In this document: positions 22,965 through 33,324 of the stretch, piece after piece
How the letters are laid out: each line of letters opens with the position of its first letter
Position numbering within the stretch: the stretch's first letter is position 1
Virus record (IMG/VR): IMGVR_UViG_3300027849_000014
Location: 1-59,488 of that record
DNA length: 59,488 nt
DNA from: a virus
Taxonomy: Duplodnaviria > Caudoviricetes
Reading direction: 5' to 3' (one strand)
Made by a program: the position numbers and the translations under genes
The notes under the pieces: model-generated
What the model saw: only the letters and a program-made list of their open reading frames with translations
Database searches by the model: none
Told to the model about the DNA's origin: nothing

Positions 22965-25900
22965 TTAAAAGTCTTCATATATTTCTTTCTTCAAGTCTCT
23001 CTTCATCTTTCTAATATCTGACTTTACTTCTTCTACTTCTTCCATTGTTCCTCCAGGACCATACTTATCCTTATACATTTCAGGAAACATCGCCTTCAGT
23101 TTAGTCTTACTCATTGGTGTATATGTTTCTCCGCCTTCATTCTTTGGTCTGTAAGAAGGAGAGATACCCATCACGTCATACGTAGCGTCATCCATTTCTT
23201 CGTCTTCACCACCAAACAAATTGTACAACCCAATGAAAGGGTCAAGCTGTGCTCCTATAGTTATCTCTGTTATTACTCTAAGCGCGGCCTCTACTTCTCC
23301 GACATCCTTCTTGGTAAGCTTTCTGTACTTAGCTATTACACTAGCTATAGGGTTAACAACATCATCGCTAAACCTAAGCCCTTCCTGTTTATATTCTTCA
23401 CCTTTGATTCCAGCTATTGCTCTACCTGCTACATCAAACCCTTCAACAGCTGAGCCCACAAATGGTAATTGATATATAAGATTCAGTCCCATCATAGCCT
23501 CACCCATTTTTTTAAGAGCAGCCTCCTTGTCTTCGTCATCTCCTTTAACAAACTTAGCAATGTTAGATGCCCCTACAAATAACACGTTGGCTACCATCAT
23601 GTTTAATGCTAAAGCTCTTGTGTCTTTTGAGCGCGGCATTTTACCTTTTGATATACTCCTTGTTATATTGGTTGTGCTAGACATAACCTTATTAATCTGA
23701 AGGAATAATGTACTACCGAACATAGTGAACGCCCTTTGAAATGCGTTGCCATTCATCTGTAAAGGAATCTTATCTGTCCCCCGTCTTGATTGTTGAGTAG
23801 GGTTATAGTTATTAAAAGCCGCAAGAGCTTCAGCCTTAGACATACCATTTTTTATGTTACGCTTATAGTTAATCATGTATCCCATAACCCCAAGCACATC
23901 ACCAATAACAGTAGGTGCAGCAGCAGCTGTTTTAAACTTAGCCTGTATCTTCTTGCGTTGACTTCCCGTCAGCTCCTTCTTCTTAAAGGTTTGAGCCCCA
24001 GACTCTAGCCCGTACACATCACCTTCAAGCCCTTGCTCTATTCTCTTTCTAAATGTAGGAGATATCTCCATGGCTAGTCTTATAGCTCCTTTCTTTCCAA
24101 CCAAGTCTTTACCTAAAGACAGTACGTTAACCGCACCATCAATCATAAACATTGGATAGTCAACAGCCTTCCTAATTACACGAGGAACCTTAGACCCTTC
24201 AGGAAAATAACTATAGTCTTCAAATGCATTTACAAAAGACGTGGCCTGCTTGATTATTTGTACCGCTTTAAAAGCTAGGGCAAATCCTGTAAACTTAGAC
24301 TGCAGCTTGGATATAAATTTTACAGTTCCTGACGCATCTTTACCAGCGTCTGGATTGATAGCAAAGTTTACAGCTCTCTTGACTGCCGAGTCAACCCCAG
24401 TCGAATTGAGTAAAGCTTGAACAGATTTAATCTTAAATAAATTGTTTAACCTCTGTGTTCCTACAGCATACGCCTTGTATTTTTCCATGGTCTCAACATG
24501 GTTGTTAAGAACAGACGTAAACGAACCTGCGTGCAGCTTAACATCGGAGGTTGTGTCTACCCTCTCCTTAAAAGCAGGAGCAGCCTCAGCATTAAAGACT
24601 CCGTTAAAGTCTCCGCCATCTAGTAGCTTCCCCATCTTTTCGCTGTTAACACTAAGTGTAGATGTTGGAAAGTAGTTGTTGACATACCCTAGGTTTACGT
24701 CATTAACATAGGAGTAAACCTCGTTTACACTTTCGTAGTACTCGTTACTTAGAAAGTCTACAGACTTCTCTGTAAACTCTACAGCCTCTATACCTATAAT
24801 GCCTTTGATATTCTCTATAACCTCAGGGGTTATACCTTGAGCCTCAAGCTTCGCTCTCTGTATATCATTTAAACTCAACGCATATATACGCATTAGTTCG
24901 TCTGCACTAAAGATGTCTGTATATTCATTTCCAGTATCACTACGTTTTAATTTTAATTTATGAACGCCAGTGTTTAGTTTAGAATAAATTTCTCTTACCC
25001 CTTTAGTAATTCCAGGGATTGTGTTAGCAATGTTATCAAGCTTCTCTCTTGTTTGGAAAACACCTCCGTTGTTTATGTCATCCATTCGGTTCAAGGCAGC
25101 GTATACATTCTTCGTAAAGAAATCTTTTCCTCTGGTTACCCTATCAAGAGTATTGCTTAAGGTACCAAGGTGCTGTAGCATCAACTTAAAGTTTTTAATA
25201 TACTCACTAGCCGTAGTAAACTTCATGCTTTCAGCTAAGGTAGAAAGCCCTTTGCCTATTTCAAAGTTTCTAAAGTGAGAAAGTATTTCATTCTTTCTAG
25301 CGTCACGCTCATTCTCATTTAGAACATTGCCATCTTTATCAAACAGAATAGGATTGGTATCTTTAATCTGATTGTCTGCCTCCTCTTCCATTTTTCTATT
25401 AGCCTCAGCCCTTGCTAGTCTTCTGGACTTAAACACAGCAATGGACTCAGCTCTAACATCTTTAACCTGTTGCATAAGCTCTTGAACTTCTTCAAGATTC
25501 ATATTAGAAACATCTCCAAAGGTATCAAACGCTAGTGCTAAGTTTAATAGAGCCTGCTCTTTCTGTGTAAGAGTCTCTCCTTTAATCCCACGTTTCTTGC
25601 GCTGCATTTCACGCCTCTGCTTATCTATAATGAGGCTTATTTCTAAAGCTTCTGTCTGAAGCTTCTGTTGTATATCAAGCAGCGTATCAGCATCAGCCAT
25701 AAGCACCTGCTTAACAGCACTGAAATAGCTCTGTCCTTCCTTACTTAATCCTTTAGCCCTACGCTTACCTGACTTCGTAAACGCGGTCATGGCTTTTGAC
25801 TTAACAAGCTTGAGCAAATCCTTAACTAAAGCCTTCTTCATTTTCTGCTGCTGCTTCTCTACAATATTCATAACATACTCGGTGTCTGCCTGGAATGTAT

Positions 25901-28900
25901 CAACTGTAGATTTACCAACCCTAGATATGAGGTTGTTAATTTGAGCCTGAGTATATGTTTTAGATTTAGGTAGTGACTTTCTTATGAAGTTTTTAAGCTG
26001 AGTCTGTGAAGCCTTAAGGTTCTTCTCATTTATCTTACGCTGCCTTAGGTTGTTTTTAATGGCTGCTATTTCTTTTTGTACCGTAACATTAGAGCGACTG
26101 TTTAAAGTCTTGTCAAAGTCTACCAATAGCTCCATCTGAGTTTGTTCTGGTTGCGCCTGGTATATAGGATTAGCTTTCATCAGGTCCATAGCTTTCTGTC
26201 TAACCTCTGCCATCGTCTTACCTTTGGATGCAAAGTTAGACAAGGCTTCTCTAACCTCAGAGAATAACTTGATACCATCCTGTACTCCGCTTTCAACTCT
26301 ACCAAACGCATCTGGTAACTGAGTAAATGCATCTACCTTTACCTCCATAGCAGCAGCTATATCTGCTGCTGGAAACTTTCTTCCCTTAAGTACCGCTTTA
26401 ATAGATGCGTCTGAGAATCCGTTTCTTCTACCAGTTTCTATTATAGAATTCATACTCTGGTCAGACTTAAGCATGGCTTCCTTTAGCTCTGTCGAGAAAG
26501 TTTTTAACTGAGCATCGGTTAGTTTCACAGGTTTACCGCTAAAGATATCTGCCATTGCAGTACCTAGGAACTCATCCATTGTTAGGTCCTGAATCTCCTG
26601 TGTTGTTAGGTCCTTAGACAGTTTAAATTCTTGTCTTACATAATCCCACACCGCAGTAATCCAATCCTTAACCTGCTGCTTTAAACTTGCATCCACTACG
26701 CTCTCACCTCTGTTACCGATGAGTGTTGCCATTGCTTCTTCAGTAGCCTTGTTTACATCACCATCAAAACGCTTGAGTAATTTCTTATACAGCTCAGTCT
26801 GTTGTACAATCTCTGCACCACGCTTATATATCTTCTTACCTTTAGGTGTTAATGACAGATGCTTTACCCACACATGACCCATCTCATGAATAGCTGTGTT
26901 GTAAAGCTCAGACTTTGAATCGTGAACATCTTTATTAATAAAGATGTTACCATCCTTAGTCATACCATACACAACAGTATCTCCTCTTAGGTATGCTGTT
27001 ACGTCAGGGCTCTCTAACAATTGGTTCATAGTAGCCTGGTCGGTAGATATATTAACAAAAGGAAAGCTTCGATTCATAAAATCTAAAAGCCTACCCTCTT
27101 CAGTCACACCAACAATAGTTCCTTGGAACTCTCTGTTAGTCATACCCATTTGAACAGGGATTACCTCTGATAATCTTTTCTTATCTGACCTTTTTCTATT
27201 TTTCCCTGCATTTTCATTAGCCTTACCAAGCACAGCATTATTATATGCAGACGGAAACAATTCAAGAACAGACTGAGGCTGTTCTATAACACCTATTATT
27301 TTTCCTCTGGGACCAACAGGATAGTTAGGGTGATTAGTTTTTTCAATACCAGGATTAAGAACATCAATACCTGTGATTGTAAAGACTGAGCGCACAGGAG
27401 TATTTTTAAGCTGAGGCTCTGTAAGAACATCCGTAATAGAACCAAGGTGTAGCTTAGCTTTGCTTTCTGCTGAAGGGTTTTCACCAAGCAGTGCTTTAGC
27501 AACAGGGTTCGATGGGGTCCCAGGTTTTACCGCCTTACCAGTAGGACTGTTAGGCTTACCATACCCTAGATTACCTGTGATTACATTGACTGATGTAATA
27601 GCCTTTAAATTCTTTAAAGCTTTAGGTGTTAGTAATCCGTCTATTGTTTTTGCCTTAACACTTTTGTCCATTTTTTGAACATCCTCAATAGATTTTATTT
27701 GCTCAGCGTACTGCTTAAGTGTACTAGGTTTTACCGCATTACCAGATAAACCCACTCCATCTTTTATAGCTTGCTGTAGCTTAGTTTTTTTTGTTTCTAA
27801 TCTCTCTCTAAAAACATTCAAAGCCTCTACTCTCTGAGCCTTAGGGAACGAGGATATGTTGTCAGCCATTACACGAACAACAGCTTCATTGCTAAGTATA
27901 GAGTCTGTCTCCATCTTAACAATTGACATAGGAACTAATCCGTTATACTCAGGATTAGCTGCCCACCAATTTTTAAAAAGTTCTTTGTTGTTGTTATATA
28001 TCTTGGTCGCTGTAGAAATCTGACCCTTGACAGTGTTGTTATCGATGCTTGCCCATGCAAGATTCTCATGCCCCTTCACACCGTTAAATCCTAGGCCACC
28101 CTTTAAATTTTTTATAACCTTGCCTGTAGATGGGTTGACTACGTTACCAGTTCTAAGCTGGTCTGATATACTGAACATGGTAGGGATACCATCAATGACA
28201 TCTATTGTAACAATAGGTAAAGGTCTTCCTCCGTTCTCCTTTAGTCTTTCGTTTAGTTCTTGTACATCAATCTTAGGGGCATTAGGGTTTGTCTCGGTTA
28301 TCTCGACAACCGCACCATCCGTATCTTCGGACATTGCCTCAACAATTTCATTCACATCTGTGAATCCTTCTTTACTCTGCTCCTCCTTTAACTTGAAGTC
28401 AACATTGGCATCGTTCTCAAACTCTGATTCTAAGTCTGCCTCTAGGTCTGCAACCTCTTGAGCTGCAGCTGTCTCACTTGCTTTGAGTTCTTCAAACCCT
28501 GAATAGTATTCTTCGGTAGTAACACCCTCAAACTTAGAGTCGTTCTCTATTGCTTTGAGGAGCGTGCTATAAAGGTCTCCCCCAGTTTGTCTGTCTTGGG
28601 ACCGTTTGCTCGCAGACTTTCTAAGAATTTCTTTCCTTTTTCCCTGGTCGACATAGATGGAGTTGACTGGTCGGTAGCTTTGTTTATCATAAGTAATGTT
28701 GTTAGCTTCTAATTCTTCTACAAAGATACCAATTTTATCTTGTAGTTCTGGGTTATCAAATTCAAATATGTTTATGAAACTTACCTCCCCTGTATCTTCA
28801 TTGACACTGAAGTCTGTTATACCTGACTTCTCTAGAGCATTGATAACACCCTGACTATCTGATACGGTAAGAACATACTCATTCCCGTTGTGCTCCTTAG

Positions 28901-31900
28901 AGCCCTCCTCTACGTACTCTGCGGCTATGCTACTCTCCTGAGTTTCAGGAGCTAACGCAGCTGAGATTGCAGCGTACTCTTGAGCCTGCTCTATTGACGC
29001 GTCCTTAAGTACTACCCTTGTTGATATCTCAACTATCTCTTTGCCAGCATCGTTCTTATATCCACCGATACCTTCTTCAATCTCAACCTCAACACCAAGC
29101 TGTTCGCCAATGGCTGTTAAGTTTTCTTTGTACGCCTGGTACTCTTTAGTTTTTCTTAAGGCAACAGCGTCCTCAACTGTTTTAATTGTTGTATCAAAGA
29201 ACGGAGCCACAGCAACTATGGTTTCTGCCTTTGTCTTTGTATCTGTTGTTGTCTTTGTGCTTGCCTTTGATTTAACCATGACAGGTAAATCAATATCAAT
29301 ACTATAGGTATTAGGTTTTCTTGGCACTTTCTTTTCTCCAGGTCTAGGTGGTGGAGAAGGAGGTGATTTCTTTTTCTTTATTGTTGCGGTTATACCTGGG
29401 TAGGCAGCCTCAATCTTAGCCAGCTCGGCCTCAGCCTCAACAAGCTCTGTGGTTGAATAATTATTGTAAGCCGTTTCGGAATTTTCAGCTACAGATTCTT
29501 TTGTTGCATTGTTGTACGCTGTTTTTCTGGTGACAACATTACCATCTGAATCAACTTTAGTATCCATGTTAGATTTGTTGAAGGACCTTAGTCCTCCTGT
29601 AGATATTGAACTGGTCTCAACAACCTCTGCTCCATCTGGTAATGTAGCCTCAGCAGACGTAATCATATTCTTGAACGCGCCTCCTGTAGACTCCATCTTA
29701 GCGGAGAACATATTTGTTGCCTTGCCATCTTCATATACCCTAACGTATCCAACAAAATTATTTTTGTCTGTGCTACTAATTATAGCATCAACAACTCCTG
29801 TGTCTTGATTCACGTATGTGGCTGTCGCAACTCCTTGTTCATCAGCATCTGTGATTTCTTTTATGGCTGCCTTACCAGGAAGTCTTTTGTCTGTGTGTGC
29901 ATCTCCAAAAGTATCTCTTTGCTCTGGAGATATAGCAGCTTCATCAGGGTTTTTAAATACTAACTGTTTCGTTTCGGTGGTCTCAACCCCTGGGGTTTCT
30001 TCGATGGATACTCCTTCTCCCACTCCTGTGCTATCTTCGGTTTGTTCGCGTGCATCCACGCCCTCTGTTTCTGTGATTTGAACGGCATCTAGTTTTTCAT
30101 TTAATATTTTAGTAACTTCTTTATCATTGGCAACCTTACCATTAAACTGGGTAAGCTGACGAGCATTCATTCTACCAAGCTTCTTTAAAAACTCAGTTCT
30201 GCTATAAGTTTTTCCATCTATTACATACTGAGACAGAGCCTCTCTTGTGTCAGTGGTCTCAACCCCTGGAGAAAAGACAGCCTCTATCCTTGCTTTAATC
30301 TCTGCAGGAGCTAATTTTTTGTTCTCTATTAAAAATGCAATCTCTGCATTAATATCTTTTATCTTCTGACCGAATATTTCTTTACGATTGGTGTCTGCAG
30401 AGTACTCCTCTTTAGCGGACAGCAACTGCATAAGCCTTGTCTTCACAAGTTTATTTTTTTCGTTGCTCTTCCCCATACCAAAGTCAAGCATGTTGTCTGC
30501 GTCCTTAGAAAGCCCTAAGTTTTTTTGTATTCGCTGTGCCTGGTCGGCATTAATTTGTCCAAGCTCAAGCATGTTGTTTGTCCACGCAGATACTCTTGTG
30601 TCGCTTTCTTGTGACAATTCCTGAACTATAAAATCCATCTCGGTAAGCTTAGAGGCAAGCTCTATCTTACTCAATCTTTTTATGTCCATCACCTTGTTGA
30701 TTATCATGCTTGATGTGTTGTTTCCAAAACCACCAATACCTTCTGCAGCTATTTCTTTAAAATCTAATTCATCACCAACATTAACTTGAGCAAGTCCCTC
30801 TCCAAGCATTTCTGTAGCAGGGTCAACTATCAATCGCTCTGCTACCTGTGATACAACCTTCTTTGTTCTTGAAGCTGTTTTACCAACTTTAAACACGCGC
30901 CCTGCAGCGCCTGCGGTTATGAAGTCTACAAGAGCAATTGGAACACCACGCTTTATACCTCTTTCTTTTGCTGTTGCCCAAATCTCTGGGTCGTTTATAG
31001 CCTTCACAACATCCTGTGGGTTTAGAACATCTAGGCCTTTATCCTCCATAGCTGCAAAAAACTCATTGGTATACTCCATAGCAAAAGATGTCATCGCCAT
31101 ACCTGTCTTCATACCCTGTCTCGCGCCAAATACAGCTCCTGCTCCTGTAGTTACTACACCACCAGGTCCTGTAACAATCCCTGCCGACCCAATTAAAGCC
31201 CCAGTCCCAGCACCTGTAACCGTACTAGCCGCCACAAGTTCTGCTCCGTAAGGAAGCATCATACCTATAGAGTTTATAGCCATAACAAAAGCTGTTTCAA
31301 ATGGATTAGCGTTAAACGCATCAAGAGATTCTCTAAATCCTGTAGCCCTGTTCCACCTTGATAACTGTCTAGACTGTTTTCTGCCTTGATTTTTTCCTTT
31401 TAATGCAGATATCATTTCAGCCGCCTTCTTAACATCCTCTTCGTTGTTAATGTCTAGATTTTGAAAATCAAAAGGCATACCTGTGCTTAGCTGAAGTATA
31501 ACTTCAGATGCGTTTCCATCGTTTAGCCCAGCGCGGAGCTCTCCGTAAACCGCAGACGCGCCATCTTCCATATCCTGGGTTATTGATTTGTCATACTTAG
31601 CGCTGTAAAAAGTTTTAGAGGTTTCATATAAATCAGCAGCGTGCTGTCTCTCTACGTTTATTGATTTGGCCTGTATCCTAAGGTCGTCTATTAGCTCTGC
31701 CTGTGTTTCATTTGTGGGTACGACATTGTATAGGTCTTTGACAGGTACACCAAATTCTTTTAAAGACAAAACCTCTAGCTCGTCCTGAGCAAACAGTAGC
31801 TGTCTATTTTCTTTGGCTGCTTTCTGGGATAATGCTTCGTATTTTTTGTGTGTCTTAAGGTCAAACTCTTCTCTGAGCTTAATTTTTTCTTCGGTATTAA

Positions 31901-33311
31901 CCTCAAGGTATAGTTCGTTTTCTATTTCTCGCTGCTCTTTTGCAACCTGAGAAGCATCGTCTCTAAGCACTCCGCTTACATAATAACCACCGTACAATTC
32001 TTTTTCTTCTGGAGTCAGCTCACTAATTAAATCCCTGCCCAAATCATCTACCTGTTCGTCTAAAAAAATTCTAGTGTCTCTAGCTTTTAGGTACTGCTGA
32101 TACTTATCATCCTCTGCCGTAAAGTTTAAGCCAGCTTCAGAATATAATTGTTTACCTATTACGTTTGTTGCGTGAGTATCTTTCCAAGAACCTTCAGCAA
32201 ACTTAGCTGCTTCTTCTGCAGTTTTAAACTCAAAGACTTCACCTCTTTCTTCAGCTAACTTTTTAGCTTCTTCAAAATCAAGCTCCATCCAGTCCTTAGG
32301 TTTGCTTCCATAAAAACTAGGGTCCTTAGGAAACAGTGTAGGGATAGCATAAAATCTACCATTAGCCTCGTAGTCAGTCATAAGAACTGTAGACTCAGTT
32401 CCGTCTTCGTTTATTCTTGGAGCTACACGTAGATTCTGTGCCTTGTCTGATTGAAAGGCAAGGTCTTCAAGCTCGCTATCTTGGTACTCTTGCTTAGCGT
32501 TGTTGGTTATAAAGTCTTTTAGTTTCTTAGACTCTAGTACTTCAGACGATAACATAAAGGGCTGTAGGTCTATGGTCTCTGTTGCTGTTCCATTAAAGTT
32601 TGAAACAATAATAGCATCCCCCATGCCTGTCTGTTCAAATGTAAATCCGTATTTTAGAAACCTATCTCTTAGTAAAGCAATTGCAGTCTCTTCATCCTGT
32701 TTTATAAGTTCAGTATTAATAACTGAAAGGTCCTGCTGAAAAGCATCGCCTTCTTGTTGAAGTAACAAGCTGTCTTGCCTCTGCTTTGCTTCAAGATTCT
32801 TTTGCTCTTGTTCTTCAGCCAGGAAATTAGCCATGTCCTCAGGCCTCTGCTGCTGGTAAATCTCATTTTCTGCTCTGAATTCTTCAATTGCAGTACCAGC
32901 ACTGTCAATTTCTTGTTGCCTATAAGCGTCCACCTCACTGCTGTCAGGATACATTCCTATAGGCTCCTGCGCTTGTGTGCTGGGAGCTTGAAGAAGTTCC
33001 TCTAGCTCAGCTTCAGTGGGATTTTGTATTGGTGAACCGTCAGTTTCTGACGAATCCAAAGAACCAGCTTCCCCACTGGATTCCGTAACGACTTTTTTTT
33101 TTACTGTAGCTGGAGGCTTTGCTCCAATCAATTCTGCGTAAGCATCCTTTGAGTCGCGATAGCCTGCCTCTACATAAAGGCCGAACATATCGTTCAATGC
33201 TGCAGGATTATTCTTCATTAGCTCTGAAAACTGTTCAAGGGTTCCATCGTATCCCGTGGACACAAACATTCTGTGTGACTGCTCTAACTGCTCTTTATCT
33301 ATGTTTAACAT
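22965..33311 (-). CDS. Giant (3448 aa) internal virion / polyvalent-type protein with zincin motif
   Basis: Follows two ejection-like genes; Gly/Ala hydrophobic segment ~31100-31300; TAIHEMGHVW (HExxH) at ~26874-26888. Confidence 0.8.
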   Translation of the reverse strand: MLNIDKEQLEQSHRMFVSTGYDGTLEQFSELMKNNPAALNDMFGLYVEAGYRDSKDAYAELIGAKPPATVKKKVVTESSGEAGSLDSSETDGSPIQNPTEAELEELLQAPSTQAQEPIGMYPDSSEVDAYRQQEIDSAGTAIEEFRAENEIYQQQRPEDMANFLAEEQEQKNLEAKQRQDSLLLQQEGDAFQQDLSVINTELIKQDEETAIALLRDRFLKYGFTFEQTGMGDAIIVSNFNGTATETIDLQPFMLSSEVLESKKLKDFITNNAKQEYQDSELEDLAFQSDKAQNLRVAPRINEDGTESTVLMTDYEANGRFYAIPTLFPKDPSFYGSKPKDWMELDFEEAKKLAEERGEVFEFKTAEEAAKFAEGSWKDTHATNVIGKQLYSEAGLNFTAEDDKYQQYLKARDTRIFLDEQVDDLGRDLISELTPEEKELYGGYYVSGVLRDDASQVAKEQREIENELYLEVNTEEKIKLREEFDLKTHKKYEALSQKAAKENRQLLFAQDELEVLSLKEFGVPVKDLYNVVPTNETQAELIDDLRIQAKSINVERQHAADLYETSKTFYSAKYDKSITQDMEDGASAVYGELRAGLNDGNASEVILQLSTGMPFDFQNLDINNEEDVKKAAEMISALKGKNQGRKQSRQLSRWNRATGFRESLDAFNANPFETAFVMAINSIGMMLPYGAELVAASTVTGAGTGALIGSAGIVTGPGGVVTTGAGAVFGARQGMKTGMAMTSFAMEYTNEFFAAMEDKGLDVLNPQDVVKAINDPEIWATAKERGIKRGVPIALVDFITAGAAGRVFKVGKTASRTKKVVSQVAERLIVDPATEMLGEGLAQVNVGDELDFKEIAAEGIGGFGNNTSSMIINKVMDIKRLSKIELASKLTEMDFIVQELSQESDTRVSAWTNNMLELGQINADQAQRIQKNLGLSKDADNMLDFGMGKSNEKNKLVKTRLMQLLSAKEEYSADTNRKEIFGQKIKDINAEIAFLIENKKLAPAEIKARIEAVFSPGVETTDTREALSQYVIDGKTYSRTEFLKKLGRMNARQLTQFNGKVANDKEVTKILNEKLDAVQITETEGVDAREQTEDSTGVGEGVSIEETPGVETTETKQLVFKNPDEAAISPEQRDTFGDAHTDKRLPGKAAIKEITDADEQGVATATYVNQDTGVVDAIISSTDKNNFVGYVRVYEDGKATNMFSAKMESTGGAFKNMITSAEATLPDGAEVVETSSISTGGLRSFNKSNMDTKVDSDGNVVTRKTAYNNATKESVAENSETAYNNYSTTELVEAEAELAKIEAAYPGITATIKKKKSPPSPPPRPGEKKVPRKPNTYSIDIDLPVMVKSKASTKTTTDTKTKAETIVAVAPFFDTTIKTVEDAVALRKTKEYQAYKENLTAIGEQLGVEVEIEEGIGGYKNDAGKEIVEISTRVVLKDASIEQAQEYAAISAALAPETQESSIAAEYVEEGSKEHNGNEYVLTVSDSQGVINALEKSGITDFSVNEDTGEVSFINIFEFDNPELQDKIGIFVEELEANNITYDKQSYRPVNSIYVDQGKRKEILRKSASKRSQDRQTGGDLYSTLLKAIENDSKFEGVTTEEYYSGFEELKASETAAAQEVADLEADLESEFENDANVDFKLKEEQSKEGFTDVNEIVEAMSEDTDGAVVEITETNPNAPKIDVQELNERLKENGGRPLPIVTIDVIDGIPTMFSISDQLRTGNVVNPSTGKVIKNLKGGLGFNGVKGHENLAWASIDNNTVKGQISTATKIYNNNKELFKNWWAANPEYNGLVPMSIVKMETDSILSNEAVVRVMADNISSFPKAQRVEALNVFRERLETKKTKLQQAIKDGVGLSGNAVKPSTLKQYAEQIKSIEDVQKMDKSVKAKTIDGLLTPKALKNLKAITSVNVITGNLGYGKPNSPTGKAVKPGTPSNPVAKALLGENPSAESKAKLHLGSITDVLTEPQLKNTPVRSVFTITGIDVLNPGIEKTNHPNYPVGPRGKIIGVIEQPQSVLELFPSAYNNAVLGKANENAGKNRKRSDKKRLSEVIPVQMGMTNREFQGTIVGVTEEGRLLDFMNRSFPFVNISTDQATMNQLLESPDVTAYLRGDTVVYGMTKDGNIFINKDVHDSKSELYNTAIHEMGHVWVKHLSLTPKGKKIYKRGAEIVQQTELYKKLLKRFDGDVNKATEEAMATLIGNRGESVVDASLKQQVKDWITAVWDYVRQEFKLSKDLTTQEIQDLTMDEFLGTAMADIFSGKPVKLTDAQLKTFSTELKEAMLKSDQSMNSIIETGRRNGFSDASIKAVLKGRKFPAADIAAAMEVKVDAFTQLPDAFGRVESGVQDGIKLFSEVREALSNFASKGKTMAEVRQKAMDLMKANPIYQAQPEQTQMELLVDFDKTLNSRSNVTVQKEIAAIKNNLRQRKINEKNLKASQTQLKNFIRKSLPKSKTYTQAQINNLISRVGKSTVDTFQADTEYVMNIVEKQQQKMKKALVKDLLKLVKSKAMTAFTKSGKRRAKGLSKEGQSYFSAVKQVLMADADTLLDIQQKLQTEALEISLIIDKQRREMQRKKRGIKGETLTQKEQALLNLALAFDTFGDVSNMNLEEVQELMQQVKDVRAESIAVFKSRRLARAEANRKMEEEADNQIKDTNPILFDKDGNVLNENERDARKNEILSHFRNFEIGKGLSTLAESMKFTTASEYIKNFKLMLQHLGTLSNTLDRVTRGKDFFTKNVYAALNRMDDINNGGVFQTREKLDNIANTIPGITKGVREIYSKLNTGVHKLKLKRSDTGNEYTDIFSADELMRIYALSLNDIQRAKLEAQGITPEVIENIKGIIGIEAVEFTEKSVDFLSNEYYESVNEVYSYVNDVNLGYVNNYFPTSTLSVNSEKMGKLLDGGDFNGVFNAEAAPAFKERVDTTSDVKLHAGSFTSVLNNHVETMEKYKAYAVGTQRLNNLFKIKSVQALLNSTGVDSAVKRAVNFAINPDAGKDASGTVKFISKLQSKFTGFALAFKAVQIIKQATSFVNAFEDYSYFPEGSKVPRVIRKAVDYPMFMIDGAVNVLSLGKDLVGKKGAIRLAMEISPTFRKRIEQGLEGDVYGLESGAQTFKKKELTGSQRKKIQAKFKTAAAAPTVIGDVLGVMGYMINYKRNIKNGMSKAEALAAFNNYNPTQQSRRGTDKIPLQMNGNAFQRAFTMFGSTLFLQINKVMSSTTNITRSISKGKMPRSKDTRALALNMMVANVLFVGASNIAKFVKGDDEDKEAALKKMGEAMMGLNLIYQLPFVGSAVEGFDVAGRAIAGIKGEEYKQEGLRFSDDVVNPIASVIAKYRKLTKKDVGEVEAALRVITEITIGAQLDPFIGLYNLFGGEDEEMDDATYDVMGISPSYRPKNEGGETYTPMSKTKLKAMFPEMYKDKYGPGGTMEEVEEVKSDIRKMKRDLKKEIYEDF

Positions 33312-33324
33312 GCTTTAATTTTAA

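Noticed and set aside
22965-33311. Virion RNA polymerase (crAss- or N4-like) in the giant ORF
   Set aside because: No catalytic DxDxD motif noticed, and host-type promoters precede early, middle and late operons; a highly divergent enzyme cannot be excluded without a structure search.
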